This document shows positions 50,265 through 61,965 of a stretch of DNA of 64,000 nt, in pieces. Made by a program: the position numbers and the translations under genes. How positions within the stretch are numbered: the first letter of the stretch is position 1; the number at the start of each line of letters is the position of its first letter. Location: the sequence record DRR723986_833; one strand, written 5' to 3'. The notes under the pieces are model-generated. The model was not told where the DNA came from. It made no database searches and worked only from the letters and a program-made list of their open reading frames with translations.

Positions 50265-51061
50265 TGCCAGGCCATATTGATGCCAGCGCGGAGATCGATC
50301 CGCGCGCGATCATTGACCCCACGGCGGTCATTGGCGCGAATGTAAAAATCGGCCCGTGGACGATTGTTGGGCCAGACGTTGAGCTGGGCGAAGGCTGCGA
50401 CGTGCGCTCGCACGTTGTGCTCAAAGGGCCGAGCCGTATCGGCAAGAACAATACGATTTACCAATTTTCCACGGTGGGCGAGGACACGCCAGACCTGAAG
50501 TACAAAGGCGAACCGACAGAGCTGATCATCGGTGACAATAACGTGATCCGCGAAGGCGTTACCATTCACCGCGGCACGGTGCAGGACCTGGGTAAGACTG
50601 TGATCGGCAGCAACAACTTGTTGATGGCCTATGCGCACGTGGGGCACGACTCGGTGATTGGCGATCATTGCATTATGGTCAACAACGCTGCGTTGGCAGG
50701 GCATGTTGTTGTCGGCGATTGGGCGATTCTCAGCGGTTATTCGCTGGTCCATCAATTCTGCGCGATAGGCGCCCATAGTTTTTCCGGGTTCGGTTGCCAT
50801 ATCAGCAAAGATGTTCCTGCCTATGTTACCGTCAGCGGCAGCCCGGCTGAGGCCAAGACCATTAATGTGGAAGGCCTGAAGCGCCGTGGTTTCAGCAGCG
50901 ACGCGATCAGCGCAATTCGTCGCGCATACAAGATCATCTACCGCCAGGGCCTGACCGTCGACGAGGCGCTGAATGCGCTGCAACCGCTGATCGCGGAGCA
51001 CCCGGAAGTGGAATTGATGGCAGCCTCCCTGAAACAGTCACAGCGCGGTATTGTTCGATAA
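50264..51061 (+). CDS. lpxA: UDP-N-acetylglucosamine acyltransferase
   Basis: Hexapeptide repeats, DLKYKGEPT, IREGVTIHRGT, HVGHD, EGLKRRGFS. Confidence 0.97.
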   Translation: MPGHIDASAEIDPRAIIDPTAVIGANVKIGPWTIVGPDVELGEGCDVRSHVVLKGPSRIGKNNTIYQFSTVGEDTPDLKYKGEPTELIIGDNNVIREGVTIHRGTVQDLGKTVIGSNNLLMAYAHVGHDSVIGDHCIMVNNAALAGHVVVGDWAILSGYSLVHQFCAIGAHSFSGFGCHISKDVPAYVTVSGSPAEAKTINVEGLKRRGFSSDAISAIRRAYKIIYRQGLTVDEALNALQPLIAEHPEVELMAASLKQSQRGIVR

Positions 51062-51103
51062 GCGCTATCAACCAAGGGCCGGTGCGCCGGCATTGATTGC
51101 GAT

Positions 51104-52276
51104 ATGACTCCTCTCAAAATCGGTTTGATCGCCGGCGAGGCCTCTGGCGATATTCTCGGCGCCGACTTGATACGCGCCATTCGCCAGCGCTTTCCTCAGG
51201 CAGAGTTTGAGGGCATCGGCGGCCCCTTGATGATCGCTCAGGGCTTTCATTCTATTTGCGATATGGATCGCCTGTCGGTCATGGGCTTTACCGAACCCTT
51301 GAAGCGCTTGCCGGAGCTGTTGCGTATTCGCCGCCACCTAAAGCGCCACCTTATTGCATGGCAGCCAGATGTGGTGGTGGGTATTGATTCGCCGGACTTT
51401 ACGCTGAATGTCGAGCGCAGTATGCGCGAGCGCGGTATTCGCACTGTGCATTATGTCAGCCCCTCTGTGTGGGCCTGGCGTCAGGGGCGAATCAAAACCA
51501 TTGCGAAAGCGGTGGATCACATGCTGACGCTGTTCCCGTTTGAGCAAAGTTTTTACCAAGAGCACGGTGTGCCAGTGAGCTGCGTGGGTCACCCCTTGGC
51601 CGATCAAATTCCGTTTGACGATCAGCGTGAAGCCTCGCGGCAATCCCTGTCGATAGAAGGTGATAACCCAGTGGTAGCGCTGTTGCCGGGCAGTCGCGCT
51701 GGCGAAGTGTCTCAATTGATTCCCATCTTTTTGGAAACCGCGCAGTGGCTGCGTCGATCGCTTCCCAATATCGAATTTATCGTGCCTGCTGCCAATGCTG
51801 ACAGGAAGCGCCAGATATTGGATGCCATTGCCCTGCAAACTGCCGACTTGCCGGTGCGCGTGGTGTTGGGCGAGTCTCGTACGGTAATGGCGGCCGCCGA
51901 CGCGGTATTGATGGCGTCGGGGACAACCAGTTTGGAAGCGCTGCTGCTGCAGCGCCCCATGGTTGTGTGTTATCGCTTTAGTAAAATGAGTTACGCGCTG
52001 CTGTCACGTCTGGTCAAAACGCCGTTTTTCTCGCTGCCCAACCTGCTCGCACAGCGGGCATTGGTGCCGGAGTTGTTGCAAGACGAAGTGTCGGCGGAGG
52101 TGATAGGGCCGCTGATTCTTGAGCAGTTAAGCGATGAAAATCACCGGGAGACCTTACTGGCTGAGTTTCGGCGCATTCATCAGGACCTGGCGCGCAATGC
52201 CAGTGAGCGTGCGGCCAGCGACATTCTCGCCATTGCCGGTGTGCCTCAACAGGAGCCCGCTAATCGTGCAGACTGA
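51104..52276 (+). CDS. lpxB: Lipid A disaccharide synthase
   Basis: [37 protein letters not shown]. Confidence 0.97.
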   Translation: MTPLKIGLIAGEASGDILGADLIRAIRQRFPQAEFEGIGGPLMIAQGFHSICDMDRLSVMGFTEPLKRLPELLRIRRHLKRHLIAWQPDVVVGIDSPDFTLNVERSMRERGIRTVHYVSPSVWAWRQGRIKTIAKAVDHMLTLFPFEQSFYQEHGVPVSCVGHPLADQIPFDDQREASRQSLSIEGDNPVVALLPGSRAGEVSQLIPIFLETAQWLRRSLPNIEFIVPAANADRKRQILDAIALQTADLPVRVVLGESRTVMAAADAVLMASGTTSLEALLLQRPMVVCYRFSKMSYALLSRLVKTPFFSLPNLLAQRALVPELLQDEVSAEVIGPLILEQLSDENHRETLLAEFRRIHQDLARNASERAASDILAIAGVPQQEPANRAD

Positions 52277-52889
52277 TGACCTGTTTGCCGATGCACCGGA
52301 TTACCCGCGACTCACGGCGGGTGTCGACGAGGTGGGCAGGGGGCCACTGTGCGGCGATGTGGTTGCCGCCGCGGTGGTGCTTGACCCGCTGCAGCCGATT
52401 GACGGTCTGAATGACTCTAAAAAATTAAGCGAGAAAAAACGCGAAGCCCTGTTTGATATCATCCGCGAACGCGCCCTCAGTTATTGTGTTGCAAGGGCAA
52501 GCGTGGAAGAAATTGATCGCTTGAATATTCTGCACGCCAGTCTGCTGGCGATGAAGCGTGCGGTGGAAGGTTTGCGCTACCAGGGCGCCGAGTTAGAGCC
52601 CGAATTGGTGCTGGTCGACGGCAATCGGCTGCCGCAGTGGCGCTACCGCGCCGAGGCCGTGGTCAAGGGTGACAGCCGGGTAGCCGCAATTGCCGCCGCC
52701 TCGATCCTTGCCAAGGTTGTTCGCGACCGGGAAATGCAAGCGATGGATGCCCAATATCCGGGCTACGGTCTTGCCGGCCACAAAGGCTACCCAACAAAGG
52801 CGCATCTCGAGGCGCTGAAACGCCTTGGCGTCAGTCCAATACATCGGCGTAGTTACGCGCCGGTCAGGGCGCTTTTAGAAGAATCCTAA
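52266..52889 (+). CDS. rnhB: Ribonuclease HII
   Basis: [38 protein letters not shown]. Confidence 0.97.
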   Translation: MQTDDLFADAPDYPRLTAGVDEVGRGPLCGDVVAAAVVLDPLQPIDGLNDSKKLSEKKREALFDIIRERALSYCVARASVEEIDRLNILHASLLAMKRAVEGLRYQGAELEPELVLVDGNRLPQWRYRAEAVVKGDSRVAAIAAASILAKVVRDREMQAMDAQYPGYGLAGHKGYPTKAHLEALKRLGVSPIHRRSYAPVRALLEES

Positions 52890-52969
52890 ATAAGGCAGCT
52901 GATTGCGCTCGGGTAATTGCCGGCGAATCAGCGCAAAGCCAACAGTGTTACAGGCTCCAGGACGCTACG

Positions 52970-55900
52970 ATGTTAAACGAGAAATTTGTCCACTTGCGCG
53001 TTCATTCCGAGTACTCCTTGGTGGATGGCCTGGTGCGGGTCAAGGACCTGTGTAAGCACACCGCGGCAATGGGGATGCCAGCGGTTGCGTTGACCGATAT
53101 CTGTAATTTCTATGCGCTCATCAAATTTCAAAAAGCCGCGCAAGGCAACGGCATCAAACCCATTTACGGTAGCGACCTGTGGGTGCGTGACGACAGCGAT
53201 CCCGAGCAAATTAGCACGCTGTGTTTGCTGGTGCAGAATGAAACCGGCTACCGGAACTTAACTGAATTAATTTCCCGGGCCTATCTGGAGGGGCAGTGGC
53301 AGGGTAAGCCCTATGTTTATCGCAGTTGGATAGAGCAAGCCAATGACGGCTTGATTGCGCTGTCGGCGGGTCGCGACGGTGATGTGGGCCAGCTATTGGT
53401 AAACAATAAACTGGAGTTGGCGCGCCAGCGGCTCGATCGCTGGTTGTCAGTATTTGGTGATCGCTATTACCTCGAACTGCAGCGCACCGCGCGTGCCAAT
53501 GAAGACGACTATATCCATGCCGCTGTTCAGCTTGCGGCCCAGGCAGGGTGCGCGGTAGTTGCCACCAATGATGTGCGTTTCATTCGCAGTGATGAGTTCG
53601 AAGCTCACGAGGCGCGGGTGTGTATTCGCGATAGCCGAGTGCTGGACGACCCGCGCCGTCCCCGCAATTACAGCGATGAGCAGTACCTGCGCAGCGCTGA
53701 GGAAATGCTTGAGCTGTTTTCCGACATTCCCGAGGCACTGGAGAACAGTGTTGAGATCGCCAGGCGTTGCAACCTGACCGTTAAGCTCGGCACCTACTAC
53801 CTTCCGGAGTACCCAATTCCGGAGGGAATGACCCAGGAGCAGTTCTTCCGCGAGCTTTGTCACAAGGGCCTCGATGAACGCTTGGATTTCTTGTTTGATC
53901 GCAGTGCTGAGGGTTTTGCGGAAACAGAAAAGGAGTACCGCGACAGGCTGGATTTTGAGCTCGATATCATCCTCCAGATGGGCTTCCCGGGTTACTTCCT
54001 GATCGTGATGGACTTCATCCAGTGGGCCAAAGATTATGATATCCCCGTTGGCCCTGGGCGGGGCTCCGGGGCGGGCTCGTTGGTTGCCTACGCGCTAAAA
54101 ATCACCGACCTCGATCCCATTGAGTACGACCTGCTGTTCGAGCGCTTCCTAAACCCCGAGCGGGTTTCCATGCCCGACTTTGATGTTGACTTCTGCATGG
54201 AAGGCCGCGACCGGGTTATCAGTTATGTTGCCGATAATTATGGCCGCGATGCGGTTAGTCAGATCATCACCTTTGGCACCATGGCGGCGAAGGCGGTTGT
54301 TCGCGATGTGGCGCGGGTGCAGGGCAAGTCCTACGGCCTGGCTGACAAGCTTTCTAAATTGATTCCCTTTGAAGTGGGAATGACGCTGGCAAAAGCGTTG
54401 GAGCAAGAGCCGGCCCTCAAGGAGTTTTTAGACAGCGACGAGCAAGCCCAGGAAATCTGGGATATGGCGGTACAGCTGGAAGGGGTCGTGCGCGGTGTTG
54501 GTAAACACGCCGGTGGTGTGGTGATTGCCCCCAGTAAACTCACCGAGTTTGCACCACTGTTCTGCGACGAGAGTGGCGGCGGCCTGGTAACGCAATTCGA
54601 CAAGAACGATGTTGAAGATGCCGGGTTGGTCAAGTTTGACTTCCTGGGGCTGCGTACCCTGACCATCATCGACTGGGCCTTGAAGATCATCAATGCTCAG
54701 CGCGACAAGATTGGCGAGCAGCCGCTGGATATCATGGCGATTCCGCTGGAGGATAAAAAGACCTTCGACTTGTTGAAGTCAGCGGAAACCACGGCGGTAT
54801 TCCAGTTGGAATCCCGAGGCATGAAGGAGCTGATTAAGAAGCTGCTACCAGACTGTTTCGAAGATATCATCGCACTGGTGGCATTGTTCCGTCCGGGGCC
54901 GCTGCAGTCGGGCATGGTTGATGACTTTATCAACCGTAAGCACGGCCGCGCCGAGTTGGCTTTCCCCCACCCGCAGTACCAGCACGAGTGTCTGCAGCCA
55001 ATCCTGCAGCCCACCTACGGCATCATCCTGTATCAAGAACAGGTTATGCAGATCGCACAGGAGATGGGTGGCTATACCCTGGGTGGCGCTGACTTGCTGC
55101 GGCGGGCAATGGGTAAGAAAAAGCCCGAAGAGATGGAAAAACAGCGCGGCTTGTTCCTTGCCGGTGCTGTCGAGAAGGGTTTTGATAAAGACTTGGCGTC
55201 GAATATTTTCGACCTCATGGAGAAGTTCGCTGGCTACGGCTTTAACAAGTCGCACTCCGCTGCCTATGCCTTGGTTTCCTATCAAACCGCGTGGCTGAAA
55301 ACGCATTACCCAGCGCCCTTCATGGCGGCGGTGATGAGTTCGGAACTGGATAACACTGACAAAATCGTTATCTTCATCGAAGAATGCCGCGAGATGAAGC
55401 TGGACTATAAGCTGCCCTCGGTCAATGAGGGTGAGTATATGTTCACCGTCAATGATCGCGGCCAGATTGTCTACGGCCTCGGCGCGATCAAGGGCCTGGG
55501 CGAAGGCCCGGTGGAGAGCATTATTGCCGCGCGCAACAGCGGTGGTCCCTTTAAAAACCTGTTCGATTTCTGCGAGCGCACTGATCCCCGAAAAGTCAAC
55601 AAACGGGCGATTGAGGCGCTTATTCGCAGCGGCGCCTTCGACGACCTGGGCGAGGACCGGGCCGTACTGATGGCTGCTATGTCGGAGGCTGTGCAGGTTG
55701 CTGAGCAAGCGGCGCGCAACGTCGAGAGCGGTATGGTCGACCTGTTCGGCGACACCCTGTCGGTTGAGAATCGCGATGTCTACGCCGCGTTTCGCGATGC
55801 CAGGCGCTGGACGACCAAAGAGCGATTACAGGGCGAGAAAGATACCCTGGGGCTGTATGTTACCGGGCACCCGATTGACGATTACGAGGCAGAGCTCAGG

Positions 55901-56452
55901 CGCTTCGTGCCGCGGCGCATCGTCGACCTGAATCCGGAAAAGCACCCGCAGACGGTTGCCGGTTTGGCGGTCAATATGCGCACCATGAAAAACAAGCGCG
56001 GCGATACCATGGCGTTTTTGCTGCTCGATGACCGCAGTGCTCGCATTGAGGTTGCCTTGTTCTCGGATGTCTACGAGGAGTGCCGCGAAAAGCTGGTCAA
56101 AGATGCGGTGCTAGTTGTCGAGGGCGTGTGCAGTTTTGACGAATACAGCGGCGGCAAGAAAATGCGCGTAAAGTCACTGCGCAGCCTGGCGGAGGCGCGA
56201 GAGCACCACGCCAAGGAGTTGGAAATTGCCCTGACTGCCGAGCACAGCAGCAGTGAACAATTGCAGCGTGTAAAGTCGGCCTTGAGTGCGGTGCGTGGTG
56301 GCAGTTGTCCAGTGGTGATCCGCTATAGCCGGCCTGAAGGGGAAGGGCTGTTGCGGTTGGGGGCGGAATGGCGGATTCTGCCTCAGGAGGACATGTTAAT
56401 CCGCTTGCGCGAAGACTGTGGAGCAAATAACGTGGTGATCAAATACGATTAA
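52970..56452 (+). CDS. dnaE: DNA polymerase III alpha subunit
   Basis: FVHLRVHSEYS, GPGRGSGAGS, PDFDVDF, KFDFLGL, YGFNKSHS. Confidence 0.99.
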   Translation: MLNEKFVHLRVHSEYSLVDGLVRVKDLCKHTAAMGMPAVALTDICNFYALIKFQKAAQGNGIKPIYGSDLWVRDDSDPEQISTLCLLVQNETGYRNLTELISRAYLEGQWQGKPYVYRSWIEQANDGLIALSAGRDGDVGQLLVNNKLELARQRLDRWLSVFGDRYYLELQRTARANEDDYIHAAVQLAAQAGCAVVATNDVRFIRSDEFEAHEARVCIRDSRVLDDPRRPRNYSDEQYLRSAEEMLELFSDIPEALENSVEIARRCNLTVKLGTYYLPEYPIPEGMTQEQFFRELCHKGLDERLDFLFDRSAEGFAETEKEYRDRLDFELDIILQMGFPGYFLIVMDFIQWAKDYDIPVGPGRGSGAGSLVAYALKITDLDPIEYDLLFERFLNPERVSMPDFDVDFCMEGRDRVISYVADNYGRDAVSQIITFGTMAAKAVVRDVARVQGKSYGLADKLSKLIPFEVGMTLAKALEQEPALKEFLDSDEQAQEIWDMAVQLEGVVRGVGKHAGGVVIAPSKLTEFAPLFCDESGGGLVTQFDKNDVEDAGLVKFDFLGLRTLTIIDWALKIINAQRDKIGEQPLDIMAIPLEDKKTFDLLKSAETTAVFQLESRGMKELIKKLLPDCFEDIIALVALFRPGPLQSGMVDDFINRKHGRAELAFPHPQYQHECLQPILQPTYGIILYQEQVMQIAQEMGGYTLGGADLLRRAMGKKKPEEMEKQRGLFLAGAVEKGFDKDLASNIFDLMEKFAGYGFNKSHSAAYALVSYQTAWLKTHYPAPFMAAVMSSELDNTDKIVIFIEECREMKLDYKLPSVNEGEYMFTVNDRGQIVYGLGAIKGLGEGPVESIIAARNSGGPFKNLFDFCERTDPRKVNKRAIEALIRSGAFDDLGEDRAVLMAAMSEAVQVAEQAARNVESGMVDLFGDTLSVENRDVYAAFRDARRWTTKERLQGEKDTLGLYVTGHPIDDYEAELRRFVPRRIVDLNPEKHPQTVAGLAVNMRTMKNKRGDTMAFLLLDDRSARIEVALFSDVYEECREKLVKDAVLVVEGVCSFDEYSGGKKMRVKSLRSLAEAREHHAKELEIALTAEHSSSEQLQRVKSALSAVRGGSCPVVIRYSRPEGEGLLRLGAEWRILPQEDMLIRLREDCGANNVVIKYD

Positions 56453-56535
56453 CGTATAATCACCGCCATGAATGGTCCCATATTGAAAAATGATAAAATA
56501 TGGGCGGACGTCAACAGAGCGAATAAAACAGAGCG

Positions 56536-57486
56536 ATGAACCCGAATTATCTCGATTTTGAACAACCGATTGCCGAACTGGAAGCCAAAATTGAAGAGCT
56601 TCAGTTGGTGGGTAACGACAACGATATCAATATTGGCGAAGAGATCGCCAAGCTGAAGGATAAGAGCAGCAAGCTGACAGAAAAGATTTTTTCGTCACTG
56701 CGTCCTTGGGATGTCGTAAAGATCGCGCGTCACCCTATGCGCCCATACACCCTCGACTACATCCGGCGGATCTTTACCGATTTTGACGAGCTGCATGGCG
56801 ATCGCCATTTTGGTGATGATTCCGCCATTGTCGGGGGAATTGGCAAAATCGATGGCAAGCCCGTGATGGTGATCGGTCAAGAAAAGGGTCGCGGCGTTAC
56901 TGAAAAGGTTAAGCGTAACTTTGGTATGCCAAAGCCAGAGGGGTATCGCAAGGCGCTTCGACTGATGGAGATGGCGGAGCGCTTTAAGCTGCCCATCGTT
57001 ACGCTCATTGACACCCCAGGGGCGTATCCCGGTATCGACAGTGAGGAGCGCGGTATCTCCGAGGCCATTGCCCAGAATCTGGCGGTAATGTCGCGGTTGA
57101 AAACGCCCATCATTTGTATCGTGATTGGCGAGGGCAGCTCGGGTGGTGCACTGGGTATCGGCGTCGGCGATCATATTGCGATGCTGCAATACTCTACCTA
57201 TTTCGTGATCTCCCCTGAGGGCTGCGCCAATATTATTTGGAAGAGCACCGAGTTTGCGCCCGATGCCGCTGAAGCAATGGGTTTGACGTCTACGGTGTTG
57301 GAAGAGCTCGGTATCGTTGATGCTACCATTCCTGAGCCCCAGGGCGGCGCGCATCGCGATATTGATGCCAGCGCCGAGCGGGTAAAAGAGCACATCCTAA
57401 AGCAGTTGGAGTCTCTGCAGGCACTGCCAGAGCCCGAGTTGCTGGATATTCGCTACCAGCGTTTGATGTCATACGGCACTGTGTAG
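56536..57486 (+). CDS. accA: Acetyl-CoA carboxylase carboxyltransferase alpha
   Basis: [39 protein letters not shown]. Confidence 0.98.
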   Translation: MNPNYLDFEQPIAELEAKIEELQLVGNDNDINIGEEIAKLKDKSSKLTEKIFSSLRPWDVVKIARHPMRPYTLDYIRRIFTDFDELHGDRHFGDDSAIVGGIGKIDGKPVMVIGQEKGRGVTEKVKRNFGMPKPEGYRKALRLMEMAERFKLPIVTLIDTPGAYPGIDSEERGISEAIAQNLAVMSRLKTPIICIVIGEGSSGGALGIGVGDHIAMLQYSTYFVISPEGCANIIWKSTEFAPDAAEAMGLTSTVLEELGIVDATIPEPQGGAHRDIDASAERVKEHILKQLESLQALPEPELLDIRYQRLMSYGTV

Positions 57487-57505
57487 TGAGGGAGGCCGTC
57501 GTTTC

Positions 57506-58825
57506 ATGACGGATCATCTCGACCTCGTCAGCGAGGTTCAGGCCGCTCTTGCTTTGCTGGAGCGGCCTGAGCGTTATTGGCTGGCTTACAGTGGTGGCCT
57601 GGATTCCCGGGTGCTGCTGGACATTCTGCTGCGACTGCGCGAGCAGTGTCGCGACTTCCCCCCCGTTCACGTTGTCCATGTTAATCACGGTTTGCAAGAT
57701 GCCGCTGATCAATGGGAGCAGCATTGCCGTGCTCTCTGTGATGCCCGTGATATTCCTTTGCTCGTCCACCGGGTGGTGGTCAGCGAAGACGGTGAGGGCC
57801 CGGAAGCCGCAGCCAGACGAGCTCGATACCACGCTTTTGAGTCGACATTGCAGCGCGGCGACGTGTTGTTGCTCGCCCATCATCTCGATGACCAGGCTGA
57901 AACCGTGTTGCAGCGCATGTTAAGGGGAGCGGGATTGCAGGGCGTGGCGGGAATGCCGCCGCTGCGGTTGCTGGGTGCGGGGCGCTTGTTTCGCCCATTA
58001 TTGGCAGTTCCCCGAGAGCGTTTGTCAGTATTCGCGCAGCGGGAGGGGCTGGATTGGGATGAAGACCCCAGCAATGCCCAGGCGAGTTATGACCGCAACT
58101 ACCTGCGTCATCACGTCATGCCTTTGCTGGCGGCGCGCTGGCCAGCGTACCGGCGGAGCTTTGCTCGTGTGGCGGAGCTCAGCGCGGACAGTGCAGCCCT
58201 GCTCGATGAGTATCTGGAGGCGGATCTTGGGGCGCTGATGGACGGTGCCACACTGGATCTGTCGCGACTCTTACACATTCCCGCCCACAAGCAGCTGCCA
58301 CTGCTCAATCATTTCTTACGCAGTCGCTGTCAGCTGCGCCTGGAGCAGGCGCAGCTTCATATGTTTGCCGAGCAGTTTTTTAAGTCCCGGGCGGATGCTC
58401 AGCCGCAAGTCGTGCACGGCCCGTGGCGGTTTTATCGTCACCGGCAGCGCTTGTATGTTGAGCCCAGAGATATCGCCGAACAGCCCCATGCTCAGGCTGT
58501 GCAGTGGTCGCTGACGGAGCCCCTTCGTCTGCCGTGCGGGGTGTTGTCAGCGCGTCCTGGTGGGGAGTTTTTGCCAAGCGGTAAGGTGACTGTTGAGTTT
58601 CGCCGCGGTGGTGAGCGTTGTCAGCTTGCCGGTGAGGGGCACCACCGCTCGCTCAAGAAGCTGCTCCAGCAGTGGGATTTGCCGCCCCTGCAGCGCGCCC
58701 GTTTGCCTCTTATCTATTGCGATGGGGTATTGGCGGCAATTGCTGATCTGGCGGTGTGCGAGGGCTTTTCCGCGCCGAAGGGCGACGGTTGGCAAGTATG
58801 TTGGCAGGATGTCGCCGGGCACTGA
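57506..58825 (+). CDS. tilS: tRNA(Ile)-lysidine synthase
   Basis: AYSGGLDS, HVNHGLQ, AHHLDDQAET, RPLL, DPSN, RNYLR. Confidence 0.96.
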   Translation: MTDHLDLVSEVQAALALLERPERYWLAYSGGLDSRVLLDILLRLREQCRDFPPVHVVHVNHGLQDAADQWEQHCRALCDARDIPLLVHRVVVSEDGEGPEAAARRARYHAFESTLQRGDVLLLAHHLDDQAETVLQRMLRGAGLQGVAGMPPLRLLGAGRLFRPLLAVPRERLSVFAQREGLDWDEDPSNAQASYDRNYLRHHVMPLLAARWPAYRRSFARVAELSADSAALLDEYLEADLGALMDGATLDLSRLLHIPAHKQLPLLNHFLRSRCQLRLEQAQLHMFAEQFFKSRADAQPQVVHGPWRFYRHRQRLYVEPRDIAEQPHAQAVQWSLTEPLRLPCGVLSARPGGEFLPSGKVTVEFRRGGERCQLAGEGHHRSLKKLLQQWDLPPLQRARLPLIYCDGVLAAIADLAVCEGFSAPKGDGWQVCWQDVAGH

Positions 58826-58878
58826 CTCCCTGCGCTGGCCTCTGGTAGAATGCGCGGCTTGTAATCAAGGCGCCAACC

Positions 58879-59661
58879 ATGACAGATACTCATTCTCTCG
58901 ATAACGTCCGCATTGTGCTGGTCAATACTTCTCACCCGGGTAATATCGGTGCGGCTGCTCGCGCCATGAAAAATATGTGTTTATCGCAGCTGTATCTGGT
59001 TGCGCCGCGCAAATTTCCCCACGATGAGGCAACGTGGCGTGCGGCGAGTGCCGGCGATATTCTCGACAATGCTGTGGTTTGTGAAACCCTCGATGAGGCG
59101 ATTGCCGATTGTCATTTGGTCGTTGGTACAAGTGCCAGGGAGCGAACGGTGCCCTGGCCCTTGCTTAATCCGCGCCATTGCATGGAAGAGGTGTATCGCG
59201 AGGCCGGTGCTGGCCATCGCGTTGCGCTAATGTTTGGTCGCGAGGACAGGGGGCTGACAAATGAAGAGCTCCAGCGCTGCAACTTGCATGTACACATTCC
59301 CTCTAACCCCGAATACAGCTCACTTAACCTGGGTATGGCAGTGCAGGTTATGGCTTACGAGTTGCGCATGTTGCAGGTGGCGGGTGAGTTGGATGCCAAT
59401 GCGATGGCTGAGTGGGACCAGCCGGTAGCCGAGGCTGAGGCACTGGAGCGTTATCTGGTGCACCTTGAGGAAACACTCTACGACATCAACTTCCTGCGCG
59501 CTGAGGCACCCAAGAAGCTGATGCTTCGCCTCCGGCGCTTGTATCAGCGCACCCGTCTCGATGAGATGGAGGTTAATATTCTGCGCGGCATACTCACGTC
59601 CACCCAGTATTGGGTGCGCAAAGCCAAAGAGCGTGGCGAGGATGGCGGGCAGGAAGGCTAG
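58879..59661 (+). CDS. trmJ: tRNA (C32/U32) 2'-O-methyltransferase
   Basis: HPGNIGAAARAMKNM, GTSAR, FGREDRGLTNEEL, YSSLNL, EVNILRGIL. Confidence 0.95.
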   Translation: MTDTHSLDNVRIVLVNTSHPGNIGAAARAMKNMCLSQLYLVAPRKFPHDEATWRAASAGDILDNAVVCETLDEAIADCHLVVGTSARERTVPWPLLNPRHCMEEVYREAGAGHRVALMFGREDRGLTNEELQRCNLHVHIPSNPEYSSLNLGMAVQVMAYELRMLQVAGELDANAMAEWDQPVAEAEALERYLVHLEETLYDINFLRAEAPKKLMLRLRRLYQRTRLDEMEVNILRGILTSTQYWVRKAKERGEDGGQEG

Positions 59662-59723
59662 AAGGTGGAGTACGCGGCCCCCAGGGGCTATAATGCGCCG
59701 CCGCTCCGTCGCGTTCCTGCGAC

Positions 59724-59781
59724 ATACCCGACTAAATTAATCGGGTAAATAGTTGATAGAAATACTAGGTTATTGCATAAT
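59724..59781 (+). promoter_or_regulatory. iscR promoter with tandem IscR type-1 sites
   Basis: ATACCCGACTAAATTAATCGGGTAA (59724-59748) and ATAGTTGATAGAAATACTAGGTTAT (59749-59773), overlapping TTGATA-17 bp-CATAAT. Confidence 0.85.
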
Positions 59782-59806
59782 CTCCCTACGGAGATTAGGT
59801 ACGTTT

Positions 59807-60283
59807 ATGCGATTAACGACGAAAGGACGATACGCAGTTACTGCGATGCTCGACTTGGCGCTGTATGGCGACCGAGGCCCTATCAGTCTGGCTGATATTT
59901 CCAGTCGTCAGGATATTTCTTTGTCGTACCTTGAGCAGCTGTTTGCAAAGCTGCGGCGCCGGGAGTTGGTGCGGAGTATACGCGGCCCCGGCGGTGGTTA
60001 TCGCTTAAGTCGGCCGGGTGAAGAGATTTTTGTGGCCGAAATTATCGACGCCGTGGACGAGCGGGTCGATGCCACGGGTTGCTCTGGGCAGAGCGATTGT
60101 CAGGACGGCCACACCTGTTTAACGCATCACCTGTGGTCTGATTTAAGCGAGCAGATTCATCATTTTCTCAGTGATATCAGTCTAGCGAGCTTGGTACAGC
60201 GTAGAGATGTACAGGCGGTATCGGCGCGGCAACGGCTGCGCGGCGAATCCGAGCAAACTATCGTGCTTACCGCCATCGATTAA
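59807..60283 (+). CDS. iscR: Fe-S cluster assembly regulator IscR
   Basis: [34 protein letters not shown], three Cys plus CLTH..W. Confidence 0.97.
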   Translation: MRLTTKGRYAVTAMLDLALYGDRGPISLADISSRQDISLSYLEQLFAKLRRRELVRSIRGPGGGYRLSRPGEEIFVAEIIDAVDERVDATGCSGQSDCQDGHTCLTHHLWSDLSEQIHHFLSDISLASLVQRRDVQAVSARQRLRGESEQTIVLTAID

Positions 60284-60342
60284 GCATTCAAACGCGCTGT
60301 GGCGCGAGGGGCGATACGGCGCCCCTATACGAGGAGAGAAAT

Positions 60343-61557
60343 ATGCAGTTGCCAATTTATCTGGATTATTCCGCAACCACGCCGGTAGACCCGCGTGTTG
60401 CTGAAAAGATGATGGCGTGCCTGACCACTGAAGGCGTGTTCGGCAATCCCGCGTCGCGATCTCACCTGTTTGGTTGGAAGGCGGAAGAAGCGGTAGAAAA
60501 TGCGCGTCGCCAAGTGGCTGATCTACTCAACGCTGATCCGCGAGAAATTGTTTGGACGTCGGGTGCGACTGAGTCCAATAACCTGGCGGTTAAAGGTGCG
60601 GCACACTTCTACAGCAAGAAGGGTAAGCACATTATTACCTCGAAGATTGAGCACAAGGCGGTTCTTGACCCCTGTCGCCAGTTGGAGCGCGAAGGTTTTG
60701 ATGTGACCTATTTGGACCCGAATGCCGATGGCATTATTACGCCAGAGGCAGTGGAGCAGGCGCTGCGCGACGACACTGTGCTTGTCAGCATCATGCACGC
60801 CAATAACGAAATCGGCACAATTAACGACATCGCGGCGATCGGCGAATTATGCCGCGAGCGCAAAATTGTCTTTCACGTCGATGCCGCGCAAACCGCGGGT
60901 AAACTGCCTATCGATTTGGCGGAAATGAAGGTCGATTTGCTGTCCATTTCGGCTCACAAACTATATGGCCCCAAGGGCATTGGTGTGCTCTATGTGCGCC
61001 GCAAGCCGCGTGTTCGTCTGGAAGCGCAGATGCACGGTGGTGGCCATGAGCGCGGTATGCGGTCTGGCACCCTGCCGACCCACCAAATAGTGGGTATGGG
61101 TGAGGCGTGCGAAATTTGCCGCCAGGAAATGGAAAAAGATGCCGCGCACTCGCTGGCACTGCGCGAGCGCTTTTGGAATGGCCTCAAAGATATTGAGCAG
61201 GTTCATGTGAACGGCTCTATGGAGCAGCGCTTGCCGGGCAACCTCAACATTAGCCTGGCTTTTGTTGAAGGGGAGTCACTGATTATGTCGCTGAAAGACT
61301 TGGCGGTGTCTTCAGGCTCGGCGTGTACCTCGGCCAGCTTGGAGCCCTCATATGTGCTCCGCGCGTTGGGTTTGAATGATGAGCTGGCGCACAGCTCACT
61401 GCGGTTCTCGTTTGGCCGTTTCACCACCGACGAGGAAGTGGACTATGCCGTTGAGCAGGTGCGCAAAGCGGTAGACAAATTGCGAGAGCTGTCTCCTCTT
61501 TGGGATATGTACAAAGACGGCGTTGATTTAGACAGCATTGAATGGGCTGCCCACTAA
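60343..61557 (+). CDS. iscS: Cysteine desulfurase
   Basis: [35 protein letters not shown]. Confidence 0.99.
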   Translation: MQLPIYLDYSATTPVDPRVAEKMMACLTTEGVFGNPASRSHLFGWKAEEAVENARRQVADLLNADPREIVWTSGATESNNLAVKGAAHFYSKKGKHIITSKIEHKAVLDPCRQLEREGFDVTYLDPNADGIITPEAVEQALRDDTVLVSIMHANNEIGTINDIAAIGELCRERKIVFHVDAAQTAGKLPIDLAEMKVDLLSISAHKLYGPKGIGVLYVRRKPRVRLEAQMHGGGHERGMRSGTLPTHQIVGMGEACEICRQEMEKDAAHSLALRERFWNGLKDIEQVHVNGSMEQRLPGNLNISLAFVEGESLIMSLKDLAVSSGSACTSASLEPSYVLRALGLNDELAHSSLRFSFGRFTTDEEVDYAVEQVRKAVDKLRELSPLWDMYKDGVDLDSIEWAAH

Positions 61558-61581
61558 GGTAGCTCCGGAGGAGGACGACAA

Positions 61582-61965
61582 ATGGCTTACAGTGAAAAAG
61601 TACTCGACCATTACGAGAACCCGCGTAACGTCGGTAAGTTTGATGATGCCAGTGATGAAATTGGCACCGGCATGGTGGGTGCGCCTGCCTGTGGCGATGT
61701 TATGCGTCTGCAGATCAAGGTCAACGACGAAGGCGTTATCGAAGACGCCAAGTTTAAGACCTACGGTTGTGGTTCGGCCATTGCCTCTAGTTCACTGCTT
61801 ACCGAGTGGGTGAAGGGCAAAACGCTCGATGAAGCCGAGCACATTAAAAACACCGAGATCGCACAAGAGTTGGCGCTGCCGCCGGTGAAGATTCACTGCT
61901 CTGTGTTGGCGGAAGATGCAATCAAAGCTGCCATTTCGGACTACCGCAAGAAGAAGGGTGCTTAA
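61582..61965 (+). CDS. iscU: Fe-S scaffold
   Basis: [35 protein letters not shown]. Confidence 0.99.
   Translation: MAYSEKVLDHYENPRNVGKFDDASDEIGTGMVGAPACGDVMRLQIKVNDEGVIEDAKFKTYGCGSAIASSSLLTEWVKGKTLDEAEHIKNTEIAQELALPPVKIHCSVLAEDAIKAAISDYRKKKGA

Noticed and set aside
52970-56452. Intein or frameshift in dnaE
   Set aside because: 1160 aa is normal length with continuous motifs.
56477-56504. Inverted repeat CCCATATT...AATATGGG upstream of accA
   Set aside because: Single AT-rich hairpin with no U-tract, no second copy and no motif I recognise; not enough support.
39233-57393. Long antisense ORFs opposite tsf, uppS, dxr, lpxA, dnaE and accA (also 9940-10800 opposite hsaA and 19924-20766 opposite dapE)
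   Set aside because: They mirror strongly conserved genes, show no recognisable motifs, and are expected shadows of codon bias at this GC content.
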